From a virus, in the IMG/VR virus record IMGVR_UViG_2786546475_000019, positions 974 to 64,973 of that record: a DNA stretch of 64,000 nt. One strand, given 5' to 3'. The notes under the pieces were generated by a model, which was given only the letters and a program-made list of their open reading frames with translations, was not told where the DNA came from and made no database searches. A program made the translations under genes and the position numbers. This document shows, in pieces, positions 8,431 to 17,757 of the stretch (within the stretch, counting starts at the first letter, position 1; each line of letters opens with the position of its first letter).

Positions 8431-9531
8431 ATGACGAATTTAAGAACCCTGCTGCTGCTTCTAACAATTGTTGTTTTTCCGTCCATTTGTATCGGACAAG
8501 AGGGTCCAGATATCACTCAATGGCTGAAAGACAAGATCGCGAACCACGAACCTATCAAGTTGGAGCGTGGCGATTACTTCATTACAGAAACGATCAAGCT
8601 TCCAGGCAAGTACGGATCTTCGATTGAGGGTGTCGGTGTGGCTGCTGCTCACTTGTCTTCTGCAAACCCATACAATTGGCAGTCGACACGCATCTTCTGG
8701 CGTGGTGAACCGAATGAAGCCATGTTTCGGGCAGATGGATCGAATCAAACATTTAAAAACCTCACTCTTGTCGGCAAGCCAAGCTACAACGGCTCGACAG
8801 TTGAGGGCGTCGTCGGCGTGAAAGTCTTAAAAGCTCGCGGGCTTGGAACAGGCAAGCATCGATTCGAAAGTGTTTGGTTCCAGAACTTACACTACGGAAC
8901 ACAATGGGGTGAGTCTGCTACAGGGGCAGGTGCAAATTGCGACGAATCGTATTTTGACTCTTGTACATTCATGCAATGCCATTCAGCGACACGGTACGAG
9001 CACAGCCAAGCACTCGGCTTTACGTACATGAATTGTGTCTATAAGCAAGTTGAACGGTGTCATGATATTCAAGCCGGTGGGCATATCACAGCGTACAAGT
9101 GTTTCGTATCACAACCACCAAGCGGCAAGAAAGTTAACTTCTTTCACTTCACCGATGAAGCACAACGACGATATCGTATTGGAACATCGGCTGGAATGAT
9201 CACAGCTTACAATCTTAAGGTGGATTATCAATCAAAAGAAAACTTCCGAGCAGTCTGGATGGACAGCGACGTGAACGGTGTAACGATCACGTTCCGAGAT
9301 TGCCAAGTATCATTCACGGACTACGGCAAGGAACTATTCATCAAGGCAGGTGGTCCTGCAAAGATCGTCATTGATAACTGTCGCTTTCCCGGATATACAA
9401 CCTCACGCTACCAATTGAATACAGATGATCGTGGATTGACGCCAACGATGCAACGACCAACGATGGAATATATTCCACGAGCGATCGATACGGACCCTGT
9501 TCCTTCACCTACACCTATCGGACAAGGCTAA
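8431..9531 (+). CDS. Secreted protein with a signal peptide and beta-helix-like repeats
   Basis: Start refined to MTNLRTLLLLLTIVVFPSICIG (the ORF-track start at 8320 lies inside the upstream gene). Shows a GDYFITETIKL pattern. Confidence 0.45.
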   Translation: MTNLRTLLLLLTIVVFPSICIGQEGPDITQWLKDKIANHEPIKLERGDYFITETIKLPGKYGSSIEGVGVAAAHLSSANPYNWQSTRIFWRGEPNEAMFRADGSNQTFKNLTLVGKPSYNGSTVEGVVGVKVLKARGLGTGKHRFESVWFQNLHYGTQWGESATGAGANCDESYFDSCTFMQCHSATRYEHSQALGFTYMNCVYKQVERCHDIQAGGHITAYKCFVSQPPSGKKVNFFHFTDEAQRRYRIGTSAGMITAYNLKVDYQSKENFRAVWMDSDVNGVTITFRDCQVSFTDYGKELFIKAGGPAKIVIDNCRFPGYTTSRYQLNTDDRGLTPTMQRPTMEYIPRAIDTDPVPSPTPIGQG

Positions 9532-10265
9532 TGGATTGGACTGTAGCTGTAACTGCTTTAATTGCTTCTTTGCTTGGTTCCGGGGCTACTGGTGGTGCGA
9601 TTGCTGCGTACTTCAAATTTCGTACAAACCAGCAAGCTGTAAAATATGAACAGCAAGAAGTGTTATTCAAACAGATAATGGAGAACGCGAACCGAGCAAC
9701 GGCAAGAGTTGATATCTTGCTCAACGAACTTGCGAAACGCGACGAAGCCATCACTGAACGCAACACTAAAATTGGACAGCTCCAAAACGAAGTTCACGCC
9801 CTATCCGAAAAGGTCGATCGGCTCCGCAAGCAGATTAAACAAATGGAGTCTAACCGAATAGCCTACGACACCATGCACGTAGTCGAAGGTATGATGGACA
9901 CGTTCCCGTTCCCAGCTTGGCTACACTCAGTTGGCGAGAATAAATGGTACGTCAACGACGCATATTGCAAAGCATTTGGAATACACCGCGACACGTTCTG
10001 GCAAGGGGTAAACATCTTGGCGATGTACCCCGCTGAAATTGCGGCAAAGTACGTTCAACATGATATGAAAGTGGTAGAGTCCAATATGGGTTCGCTGTTT
10101 ACCGAGCAAGTCAGCAAAAACGTGATGCAACACGATCCACAATCTGAATTTGAGTGTGACATTTACAAGATGCCAATTGTAGCAGGCGGGAAAAGATACA
10201 TTTTCGGGCTGGCAAAGCTTGGGCATGACGTATGGGGCAACAAACTAGCAACTATTTCAGACTAA
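9531..10265 (+). CDS. Membrane-anchored protein with a coiled coil plus a PAS-like C-terminal domain
   Basis: N-terminal TM (VAVTALIASLLGSGATGGAIAAYF), heptad region, then a C-terminal region with PAS-like features. Confidence 0.4.
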   Translation: MDWTVAVTALIASLLGSGATGGAIAAYFKFRTNQQAVKYEQQEVLFKQIMENANRATARVDILLNELAKRDEAITERNTKIGQLQNEVHALSEKVDRLRKQIKQMESNRIAYDTMHVVEGMMDTFPFPAWLHSVGENKWYVNDAYCKAFGIHRDTFWQGVNILAMYPAEIAAKYVQHDMKVVESNMGSLFTEQVSKNVMQHDPQSEFECDIYKMPIVAGGKRYIFGLAKLGHDVWGNKLATISD

Positions 10266-10274
10266 GGTGATAAA

Positions 10275-10526
10275 ATGAATACCGTTATTATGGGGGTAAC
10301 AGTTAGTTGGAAAACTACTGTTGCTGCAATTCTTTCCTCTCTGGCTGCTATTTTTATGGTGCTAGCTGCTTATTTTGATGGCGACCCAGCCACGATCCCT
10401 AATTGGGAAACTGCAGCAATTGCCGTGTTGGCAATCGGCCAAATGATTATTGGGGTTTTTACTAAGGACAATGATAAGTCCACTGAAGACCATAAACTTC
10501 CTCGTAAACGATTGAGGACAAAATAA
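10275..10526 (+). CDS. Holin-like small membrane protein (2 TM, charged C-terminus)
   Basis: 83 aa, two hydrophobic helices, KLPRKRLRTK tail. Confidence 0.4.
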   Translation: MNTVIMGVTVSWKTTVAAILSSLAAIFMVLAAYFDGDPATIPNWETAAIAVLAIGQMIIGVFTKDNDKSTEDHKLPRKRLRTK

Positions 10527-11554
10527 TGGCTACTACCAAAACATTACTTCAAGGCTTTGACGGGCGGGAAGACTTTCGTGATATGCTTCGCGAAATGCGA
10601 ACGGCTGCCCTTCGGTCTTGGGACATTACTCTTGCAATACGTATTCGCAAAGTTCTTCGAAACAATAAACTGTTTGAAAAAGTCTACGACCATGCAACTG
10701 TAACTTCGGCTCAAGCTCTACTTGATAGTCCACGGCTCTCGGAATTTGGCGATGGGGAGTTTGGCAAATGGTTCCTCGATTGGTTCAAGAACGGTGGGGC
10801 TCAAGCTATCATTGAGTTCATTCGAGCATTGCTCCCGTTGTTTGGAGCTTTTATGAGCGTTCTGTTACCGCTTCTTATCACTTTGTCTTTGTGTGCCACG
10901 GCCCAAGGTCAAAGTATCAAAGGAGCCGAAACTGCTAAACCGGGATCGCTCGTTGTCTTAACGCCGGTGGATGCTGACGATGTTCGAACAGTTTGGAACT
11001 TGAATTACCCCGAACAATTCGAGGAGTATGCAGAAGAAAACGGCAAGCTTTTCATTGCAATGCCGTCAAAAACAATTTCGTTTTCACTTCTGGTGATTCC
11101 AAACGATACAACACTCCCAATTCGTAACCTACGTCATACAGTTTCTCCGTCTGACGCTCCAGTGGTTCCGGGCCCCGGTCCTGATCCAGTAGTGCCGAAA
11201 CCTCCAGAGATTGACGTAACTCAATCTCCAATTTATCAATTTGTCAAGAACAGTTTTGAGAGTATCCCGGACCCTAATAAGCGAGAAAGGGCCGGTAAGC
11301 TTGCAAAATCCTTTGGCATCATTTGTGCTCAAATCAAGAATAAAGAAATTACAACAGTCAACGACCTCTTGACTGATATTCGAGAGGCTAACCTGAAAGA
11401 TTGGCCCGAAGACTCTAGGCAACTGTGGACCTCTTTCCGTAACGGTATGGCTCGCCAGTTTGATACTTTGGAAGACGCTGGGGAGTTGGAGACCGTTGAC
11501 GATTTCTACCTTCATTTGAAAGCAATTCAAGTCGCTCTTGAGGAGTCAGTTTAA
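10526..11554 (+). CDS. Hypothetical protein with a central TM segment and a Pro-rich linker
   Basis: ORF of 342 aa. LLPLFGAFMSVLLPLLITLSLCATAQG looks like an internal signal or anchor. Confidence 0.4.
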   Translation: MATTKTLLQGFDGREDFRDMLREMRTAALRSWDITLAIRIRKVLRNNKLFEKVYDHATVTSAQALLDSPRLSEFGDGEFGKWFLDWFKNGGAQAIIEFIRALLPLFGAFMSVLLPLLITLSLCATAQGQSIKGAETAKPGSLVVLTPVDADDVRTVWNLNYPEQFEEYAEENGKLFIAMPSKTISFSLLVIPNDTTLPIRNLRHTVSPSDAPVVPGPGPDPVVPKPPEIDVTQSPIYQFVKNSFESIPDPNKRERAGKLAKSFGIICAQIKNKEITTVNDLLTDIREANLKDWPEDSRQLWTSFRNGMARQFDTLEDAGELETVDDFYLHLKAIQVALEESV

Positions 11555-12492
11555 TGTACCCAATTCGTAGATTACCCGACGACCTTATCGTCAGTGAAGG
11601 GTTAACAGCTAAACAAATCAAAAGACAAGACGTTGGCTGGGATGAAATTGATCTCCAGCTTGATAAAGCTTTTGGCCGAGAAAATGAAAACCGATGCCCG
11701 ATTTTTATTGCAGACACCGGTCTTCCTGAACATCCAGATATTCCTAAAGCCCAAGAAGCTTGGAATTTTACCGACGACCCTTCTGTTGTGGATTTGAACT
11801 TCCACAGCACTTGGATCAATGGTAAGATGACGGCGTACAACAATGATATTGGGTACGAAGGTATTTGCCCTGAGGATACTCCAGTATTCATACTTAAAGT
11901 CTTGAACAATCAGGGTTCTGGTTGGCGTATGCTTCAAGCAATGCGTAAAGCGTTAGATTTCTGGGTCAACCATCCTAAACGTCGCTCAGGGGAGTGGGTT
12001 GCGGCAGTTTATAATATGAGTTACGGGGGTGGCGGCTATTCACAAGATGAACAAATTTTGTTTAAGGATATGATAAAAGAGAACATTCTTCCGTTTGCTG
12101 CCAGCGGCAATGAAGGACGTTCGGCTCCCTCATTCCCTGCGAAATATGAAGGAGTTCTATCAGTTGGAGCTTATGACCCTCAACGAGAGAAAGCAAGCTT
12201 TACTAATTACGGCCCGTGGACTGATTTTGTTGCTCCCGGCGTCAACGTCCCTTCCACAATCGGCAAAAACAAGTACGGCCCATATAGTGGGACGTCAATG
12301 GCTTGCCCAATTAAAGCAGCGTGTGCCGCTAATTTTATCAGCTCTCGCCCTAATGATAAATGGATGCATGATGTTCCAGGTTATCAAGAAGCTGTACAAC
12401 CGTATATGGAGAATCTGCCCGGCACTTGGGATGGAGACGGAGTATTCCTTCCCGCAAAAGGAACAGTTCGCAACAAATACTTTTTCTGGTAA
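11554..12492 (+). CDS. Subtilisin-like serine peptidase (S8 family), no signal peptide
   Basis: Motifs: IADTGL (Asp), HST...KVLNNQGSG (His region), ASGNEG (Asn oxyanion), GTSMACP (Ser). Confidence 0.65.
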   Translation: MYPIRRLPDDLIVSEGLTAKQIKRQDVGWDEIDLQLDKAFGRENENRCPIFIADTGLPEHPDIPKAQEAWNFTDDPSVVDLNFHSTWINGKMTAYNNDIGYEGICPEDTPVFILKVLNNQGSGWRMLQAMRKALDFWVNHPKRRSGEWVAAVYNMSYGGGGYSQDEQILFKDMIKENILPFAASGNEGRSAPSFPAKYEGVLSVGAYDPQREKASFTNYGPWTDFVAPGVNVPSTIGKNKYGPYSGTSMACPIKAACAANFISSRPNDKWMHDVPGYQEAVQPYMENLPGTWDGDGVFLPAKGTVRNKYFFW

Positions 12493-12503
12493 AGGAGATC
12501 CCA

Positions 12504-12961
12504 TGAGATCACTACTATTATCAATGCTGACTTTGTCACTTGTTTGTTTTATTTCGTCTATTGGAACAGCAAGCACTCCGCTTACGTTTCAAGACGCTTT
12601 CAACCCCTGCCCTAACGGAGTGTGTCCAACTCCAGTACAAGGCGTCACGGTTCGCAAACCTTTGCTTCGCCCACAAACCACGATCTATGAAGCTTGGGAC
12701 GCGACACAAGGAGTTGTTCAATATTCCCAACCAGTGATAATTTCACAAGGAGTTGTTGAACAATTCACCGCCCCAGTCCAAGAGGTTATGACTACGGAAG
12801 TCGTTTACGAGTACACAACTTTATCAAACGCCATGTACTCGCAATGTGCGACTGCCAATATGGCAGTCGATATTCAACGACGGCGACGTAACTTGGTAAC
12901 GGCGTGGCGACAAAGACCTGGACTATTTGGATGGCGTAAACGACGAGGGCTATGTCAATGA
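12504..12961 (+). CDS. Small secreted protein (signal peptide, basic C-terminus)
   Basis: Start refined to MRSLLLSMLTLSLVCFISSIGTAS. The ORF-track frame 12095.. overlaps the protease gene. Confidence 0.45.
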
Positions 12962-13218
12962 ATCCAGTAGCTCACACCCTTCGATTGATATCAGTGACAG
13001 CAACAGCCGAAACTCTTAAGAGCCAAAACGATTTGTTCCACGGAGCTTCGGAAATTCGAGTGACCCCTGCTGCTGATATTACAATGAAGGATTTGCAGAC
13101 GGGAGCTTCTGTTACATTAACTTCCGGCCAAACACATTCCCTACCTGCCGCTAACGTTGCGACAGAATTTCAATTCACCACAAGTGGAGCCGAAGTGTTC
13201 CAAGTTTACTCCGCATGA
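12952..13218 (+). CDS. Hypothetical protein immediately upstream of the terminase. Not an obvious small terminase subunit
   Basis: 88 aa, start/stop coupled (atga) with the next gene. Confidence 0.3.
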   Translation: MSMNPVAHTLRLISVTATAETLKSQNDLFHGASEIRVTPAADITMKDLQTGASVTLTSGQTHSLPAANVATEFQFTTSGAEVFQVYSA

Positions 13219-14894
13219 TAACTGAACTGTTTGACCATTTAGCCGAAAGCTTAACCCACAGCACAATCACAAATTGTGCTCAGTGGGCGTTAGAGCGTAG
13301 GGTTATGGGACGACCGTTCGAGGGCCCATGGAATTTTAAATTATTTCCGTGGTTATACACTCCGCACGTTTCCAACCATCCATTTCGGTTGGCATTGAAA
13401 GGTGCTCAATTAGGGTTTACAGAGTGGGCAATTAACGAAGCTTTTTACGCTATTGATCATAAGCGTTCAAATGTTTTATATTGTCTGCCTACAAAGGGCA
13501 ACGCGGGTGACTTTTCAACCACCCGCTTCAACCCTGCCCTAGCCCTTAGCCCCTATATCGCGAACTTGTTCTCTGGTGCAGATAATGTATCATTGAAGAC
13601 GGCAGGTTCTCGGTCACTGTATATTAGGGGTTCAAAGGCTAGAGCAGACTTGAAGTCTTTGCCAATTACTGTTTTGATACTTGACGAAATTGATGAAATG
13701 CCTAAAGAGTCAATCTCTCTAGCTCATCATCGTCTTGATGGACAAGCCGTAGGTTCAACTTCATTGCTTGAATTATCAACTCCTACTCTACCTGATATGG
13801 GGATTGACGCTGAGTACAAATTATCAAACCAGATGATTTACGTATTCCAGTGCCCAGGATGTAGCAAGTATATTGACTTGCAATACCCTAGGAATTTTAA
13901 GCTAACTGCTACGCGAATGAACGATCCTGACATTGAAAAGAGTTATTTCTTTTGTCACGAGTGTGATTACGTAATAGACCACGAAGCCAAACCAGAGATT
14001 TTTAAATGCAAGGAAATGGGCGGCACGGGTCACTACAGACCGCAAGTAAAATATGCTGACCGAGAAGGGTACTATGTAAATCAAATGTACTCCTCGGCCA
14101 AAGGCGGAACGCCAATTGAGTGGGCTAAAGCCGTAATACTTGCAGAAACAAATCCGTCAAAAGAACAAGAGCTTTGGAACTCTAAAGTTGGTAAAGGCCA
14201 TGCAACAGAGAACGCAAAGCTAGAAGAAGGAGTCTTAGAGCAGCATAAGCGAAACTACACTATTGCCGACTACGAACTCCATGATAATCGTATTAGAACA
14301 ATTGGGTGTGATGTTGGAGCAGTTTGCGATTTAGTGTGCTTAGAGTGGACGTGGGAGTCTGATCTTGGCCTGCCTAATGATAGATACCGTCCTCGACTGG
14401 TAGGTGAATTATCATTGCCCCGATCTTCGGAAGATGCCCGAGCCATTTTGGACTACTTCCGAAAGATGAACGCTCATATGTTTGTTATGGATTCCGAACC
14501 TGAAAGTCGTTTTGCTCGACAAGTCATCAATTTGCTAGGCGACTATGGGTTCATGTGTGATTATGGGAAAGGATACAAAGCAGGACAAGTTAATGTTAAA
14601 GAAGAAGATGGCTTTATCACTGTAAATCGAACTACATGGTTGGATATAACTATGTCTCGATTCACAGCTGCTAACAAAGACGGAACAGATTTACCTAGCG
14701 ACATAAGCGAACGATTCCTTCAACATATGACAGCCCCTGCTAGATATTACAAAGATGATGCAAATGGCGACCCCATAGCTATTTACAAAAATGAAAAAGC
14801 GGATCACTTGTTTCATGCGTGGACCTACGCTGAGATAGGATTGCCTCTTTACTTCCTAACAGCCGAAGGCGAAGATATCGATGTTATCTTTTAG
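13215..14894 (+). CDS. Terminase large subunit (GpA-like family)
   Basis: ALKGAQLGFTEW Walker-A-like, VLILDEIDEMP Walker B, CPGC...CHEC zinc motif. It sits before the portal gene. Confidence 0.6.
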   Translation: MITELFDHLAESLTHSTITNCAQWALERRVMGRPFEGPWNFKLFPWLYTPHVSNHPFRLALKGAQLGFTEWAINEAFYAIDHKRSNVLYCLPTKGNAGDFSTTRFNPALALSPYIANLFSGADNVSLKTAGSRSLYIRGSKARADLKSLPITVLILDEIDEMPKESISLAHHRLDGQAVGSTSLLELSTPTLPDMGIDAEYKLSNQMIYVFQCPGCSKYIDLQYPRNFKLTATRMNDPDIEKSYFFCHECDYVIDHEAKPEIFKCKEMGGTGHYRPQVKYADREGYYVNQMYSSAKGGTPIEWAKAVILAETNPSKEQELWNSKVGKGHATENAKLEEGVLEQHKRNYTIADYELHDNRIRTIGCDVGAVCDLVCLEWTWESDLGLPNDRYRPRLVGELSLPRSSEDARAILDYFRKMNAHMFVMDSEPESRFARQVINLLGDYGFMCDYGKGYKAGQVNVKEEDGFITVNRTTWLDITMSRFTAANKDGTDLPSDISERFLQHMTAPARYYKDDANGDPIAIYKNEKADHLFHAWTYAEIGLPLYFLTAEGEDIDVIF

Positions 14895-16407
14895 AAACAC
14901 TTCCGACTCGTTCAACTTTGATTTGAATATTACCAAATGGTATGAAGCTTATTATGGCGGGTATCAATTCATTGATAAATATCTGTACCAACAATCAAGC
15001 GAAAAGACAACTGAATTTGAGATACGTAAAAAGATTGCGTACAACCCTCCAGTATTGCAAAACGAGGTAGATCGTATTTTAAGAGCCGTCCAAGAACGTT
15101 TGCACTTGGTCAAACGGCGTAACGGCTCTCGAACCTATCAACAAATGGTAGCAGGAGAGAACGGCGGAGTAGATTATTTTGAGACCAACATGAATTTGTT
15201 TATGGCGGATCAAGTTCTACTTCACTTACTGATAGGCGGCGGGTGTGGAATCTTTATTGATAATTACGGCCCCGAAGATTTAACGTTTGAAGGGAACACT
15301 CACCCGTTCCTTCGAGTAGTTCCTCGTTACAAAATCACGCAAATGGAATACGGAGCTAATCGACAATTTGATAAAGTTTGTTTTGAAAATTTCAAATTTG
15401 AACGAGATTCAGACGGTCAACTTTGGTACACAGTTTACGACACGGACCCCGAAAAAGAGAAAGAGATCGATACACAAGGCCAATTGGAACTAAGCCGTAT
15501 TCCTTTTGTGTGGATTGAAATGCCACGACCCTTGTTGCGAGATGCAGCTGATATGCAAATTGCTTTGTTGAACCAACACTCAACTGAGCTTGAGTTCGCT
15601 ACCAAGTACAACTTTCCAATTTATTACGAGTACACGTCTCCTCGCGGTGGCGGAGACGTGCGTGATAAAAATCGAGAAATTGAACTTACCAAAACAAAAG
15701 GACGTAAAGTTAAACAAGGTTCTGGCCCTCCAGGTTATGTTACCCCGCCAACTGAAAATTTGGACGCGTCCATGCGTAAGAGTGAGCAGATCACTCAATT
15801 GATAAAAGACACTATCAATTCGAACATGGAAGAAAATAAAGAGGATGGTCAAAGCGGCTTGTCCTCATTGGGTCGCTTAATGGAGCGAGCGGAAAATGAA
15901 GTAGCCACGCTTCTAGAAGAATATATCAATGAAGGCGGACAAGCAAGAGTTTGTTACCCAAAAGTGTTCACCCTTCAAACGGTTGAAGAACGAACAGCTG
16001 AAGCTGAACTGTTTGAAAAAATGAGCAATTGCGTACCATCCAAAACGTTTCGAATGGTAACGCATAAGCAAAAAGCAGAAACGCTACTTGGCCCTGTTCT
16101 AACTACCGAAGAACTTGATGTTATATTCAAAGAGATCGAAGAAGCTCCGGCTTCGTGTGTAAACCCTGAAATGCTTTTAAAGCTTCTAGAAAAAGGAGCT
16201 TTGACTACTCATTTAGTTAATGAAATTCTTGGGTATCCTGCTGACGAAGCAGATAAAGCTTTGGAGCAACTTGCTGACCGAATGGCCGTCACTGTGGTAG
16301 CTCAAAGCAAAGCTAAAGAAGTTCAAAGTGATAGTTTACCAGACGACGCTCGACAAGCTCAACGCGGCGAGCAAGATGTTCCTAATGATATTGGAGAGCC
16401 TACCTAA
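14881..16407 (+). CDS. Portal protein
   Basis: 508 aa immediately after the terminase, acidic C-terminal region, canonical position. Confidence 0.55.
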   Translation: MLSFRNTSDSFNFDLNITKWYEAYYGGYQFIDKYLYQQSSEKTTEFEIRKKIAYNPPVLQNEVDRILRAVQERLHLVKRRNGSRTYQQMVAGENGGVDYFETNMNLFMADQVLLHLLIGGGCGIFIDNYGPEDLTFEGNTHPFLRVVPRYKITQMEYGANRQFDKVCFENFKFERDSDGQLWYTVYDTDPEKEKEIDTQGQLELSRIPFVWIEMPRPLLRDAADMQIALLNQHSTELEFATKYNFPIYYEYTSPRGGGDVRDKNREIELTKTKGRKVKQGSGPPGYVTPPTENLDASMRKSEQITQLIKDTINSNMEENKEDGQSGLSSLGRLMERAENEVATLLEEYINEGGQARVCYPKVFTLQTVEERTAEAELFEKMSNCVPSKTFRMVTHKQKAETLLGPVLTTEELDVIFKEIEEAPASCVNPEMLLKLLEKGALTTHLVNEILGYPADEADKALEQLADRMAVTVVAQSKAKEVQSDSLPDDARQAQRGEQDVPNDIGEPT

Positions 16408-16859
16408 TGTACGGAACAATTGCAGAAGCTGATATTTATTTCACAACAAAACAATTTGATAACTTGAACGTCTGGCGAGACGCTCTAGACACTGATAAAA
16501 CAATCGCGTTAACTCAAGCCGCTCTACAGATTGATGGTTTGAAATACGCAACGGATACTCCATCTGGCCAAGAACATAAGTTTCCCTTGACGGGCCAAGA
16601 TGCAGTACCTACTAACGTAAAATATGCAGCGTATGAGATTGCTCGTGCGTTGCTATTTGGTGCGGACCCCAATCAAGATGATGAACTTCTTGACGCATCG
16701 GGAATTACTTTAGGAGAAATGCAAGTTTCCAAAGACCTAAAGTATATCTCAAGGGCGAAAGACAATGGAATTTCTTCTGCTGTCGCTTTTAAGTTTTTAT
16801 TACCGTACCTTATCAGTGACGATTACATTGATATTGTACGAGACCAACCCTCTGTTTAG
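16407..16859 (+). CDS. Hypothetical head-morphogenesis protein
   Basis: ORF of 150 aa between portal and scaffold. Confidence 0.35.
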   Translation: MYGTIAEADIYFTTKQFDNLNVWRDALDTDKTIALTQAALQIDGLKYATDTPSGQEHKFPLTGQDAVPTNVKYAAYEIARALLFGADPNQDDELLDASGITLGEMQVSKDLKYISRAKDNGISSAVAFKFLLPYLISDDYIDIVRDQPSV

Positions 16860-16871
16860 AAAGAGAGATTT

Positions 16872-17738
16872 ATGTTTGTTCCATTTTATCAACGCTTTCA
16901 ACTACCATTTTTGAATGTTGACGACGGTGCTGGCGGTTCTGGTGGCAGCAGCGAAGGTGATACTGGAGAAGGTGATACTGGAGAAGGAGGCTCTTTTGAA
17001 CCTATCACTTCTCAAGATCAACTAAACCGTGTCATCGGTTCGCGAATTGCTAAAGTCAAAACGCAAGCTGAGAAGCTACAGAGTCAACTGGAAGCTGTAA
17101 AGCAAGAGAAGCGTGCAACTCTTGAACACTTGAAAGAGCTTGAACAAAATCATTCGTTAAGTGAAGAACAACGAGAGAAGAATCGGTCAAAAATCCAAGA
17201 ACTCGAAAACTCTCTAATGACAGAGAAAGAACGAGCTGAAAAAAGGGCCAAAGAACTCTCTACAAAACATCAAAAAGAGTTGAAAGCTCTGGAAGATGAA
17301 AAAGACACTTGGCGGTCTCGTTATGAAAATTCAAGCATTGAACGTGCTATCAAAGACGCGGCTCTTGAACATGGAGCTAAAGTTCCAAACCAGATTTTTA
17401 GTATGCTTCGCGGCAACACGAAACTGGAAGAAATTGTTGAAGATGGGCAAGCAACTGGCAGGTTCCAATCTGTGACTACTATCATGGGTTACGGAGAAGA
17501 TGGAGAAAATGTTACAGATTTCACTTTGCCAACCGCAGAAGCAATTGCTAAGATGCGGGAAGATGGCTTGAATGATAATCTGTTCGACTCCAAACAAAAA
17601 GCTGGAACTGGTCGAGGCGGACGAACCGGGACTCAACGATACACCGCAGATCGTCCACCTGTTCCTGCCGATTTCGGCGGAGATATGGACGCTTTCAAAG
17701 ACGCTTACGACGACTGGCGTAAGAAATTTTTAACTTAA
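16872..17738 (+). CDS. Scaffolding protein (coiled-coil, charged), with an EGDTG x2 tandem repeat near the N-terminus
   Basis: Heptad-rich EK-rich sequence directly upstream of the capsid gene. 15-bp tandem repeat at 16957-16986. Confidence 0.5.
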   Translation: MFVPFYQRFQLPFLNVDDGAGGSGGSSEGDTGEGDTGEGGSFEPITSQDQLNRVIGSRIAKVKTQAEKLQSQLEAVKQEKRATLEHLKELEQNHSLSEEQREKNRSKIQELENSLMTEKERAEKRAKELSTKHQKELKALEDEKDTWRSRYENSSIERAIKDAALEHGAKVPNQIFSMLRGNTKLEEIVEDGQATGRFQSVTTIMGYGEDGENVTDFTLPTAEAIAKMREDGLNDNLFDSKQKAGTGRGGRTGTQRYTADRPPVPADFGGDMDAFKDAYDDWRKKFLT

Positions 17739-17757
17739 ACACTACAGGAGATGAAGT

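Noticed and set aside
12095-12961. 288-aa ORF overlapping the 3' third of the S8 protease gene
   Set aside because: The upstream part is an alternative frame of the protease gene. The real gene probably starts at the internal Met (12504), which has a signal peptide.
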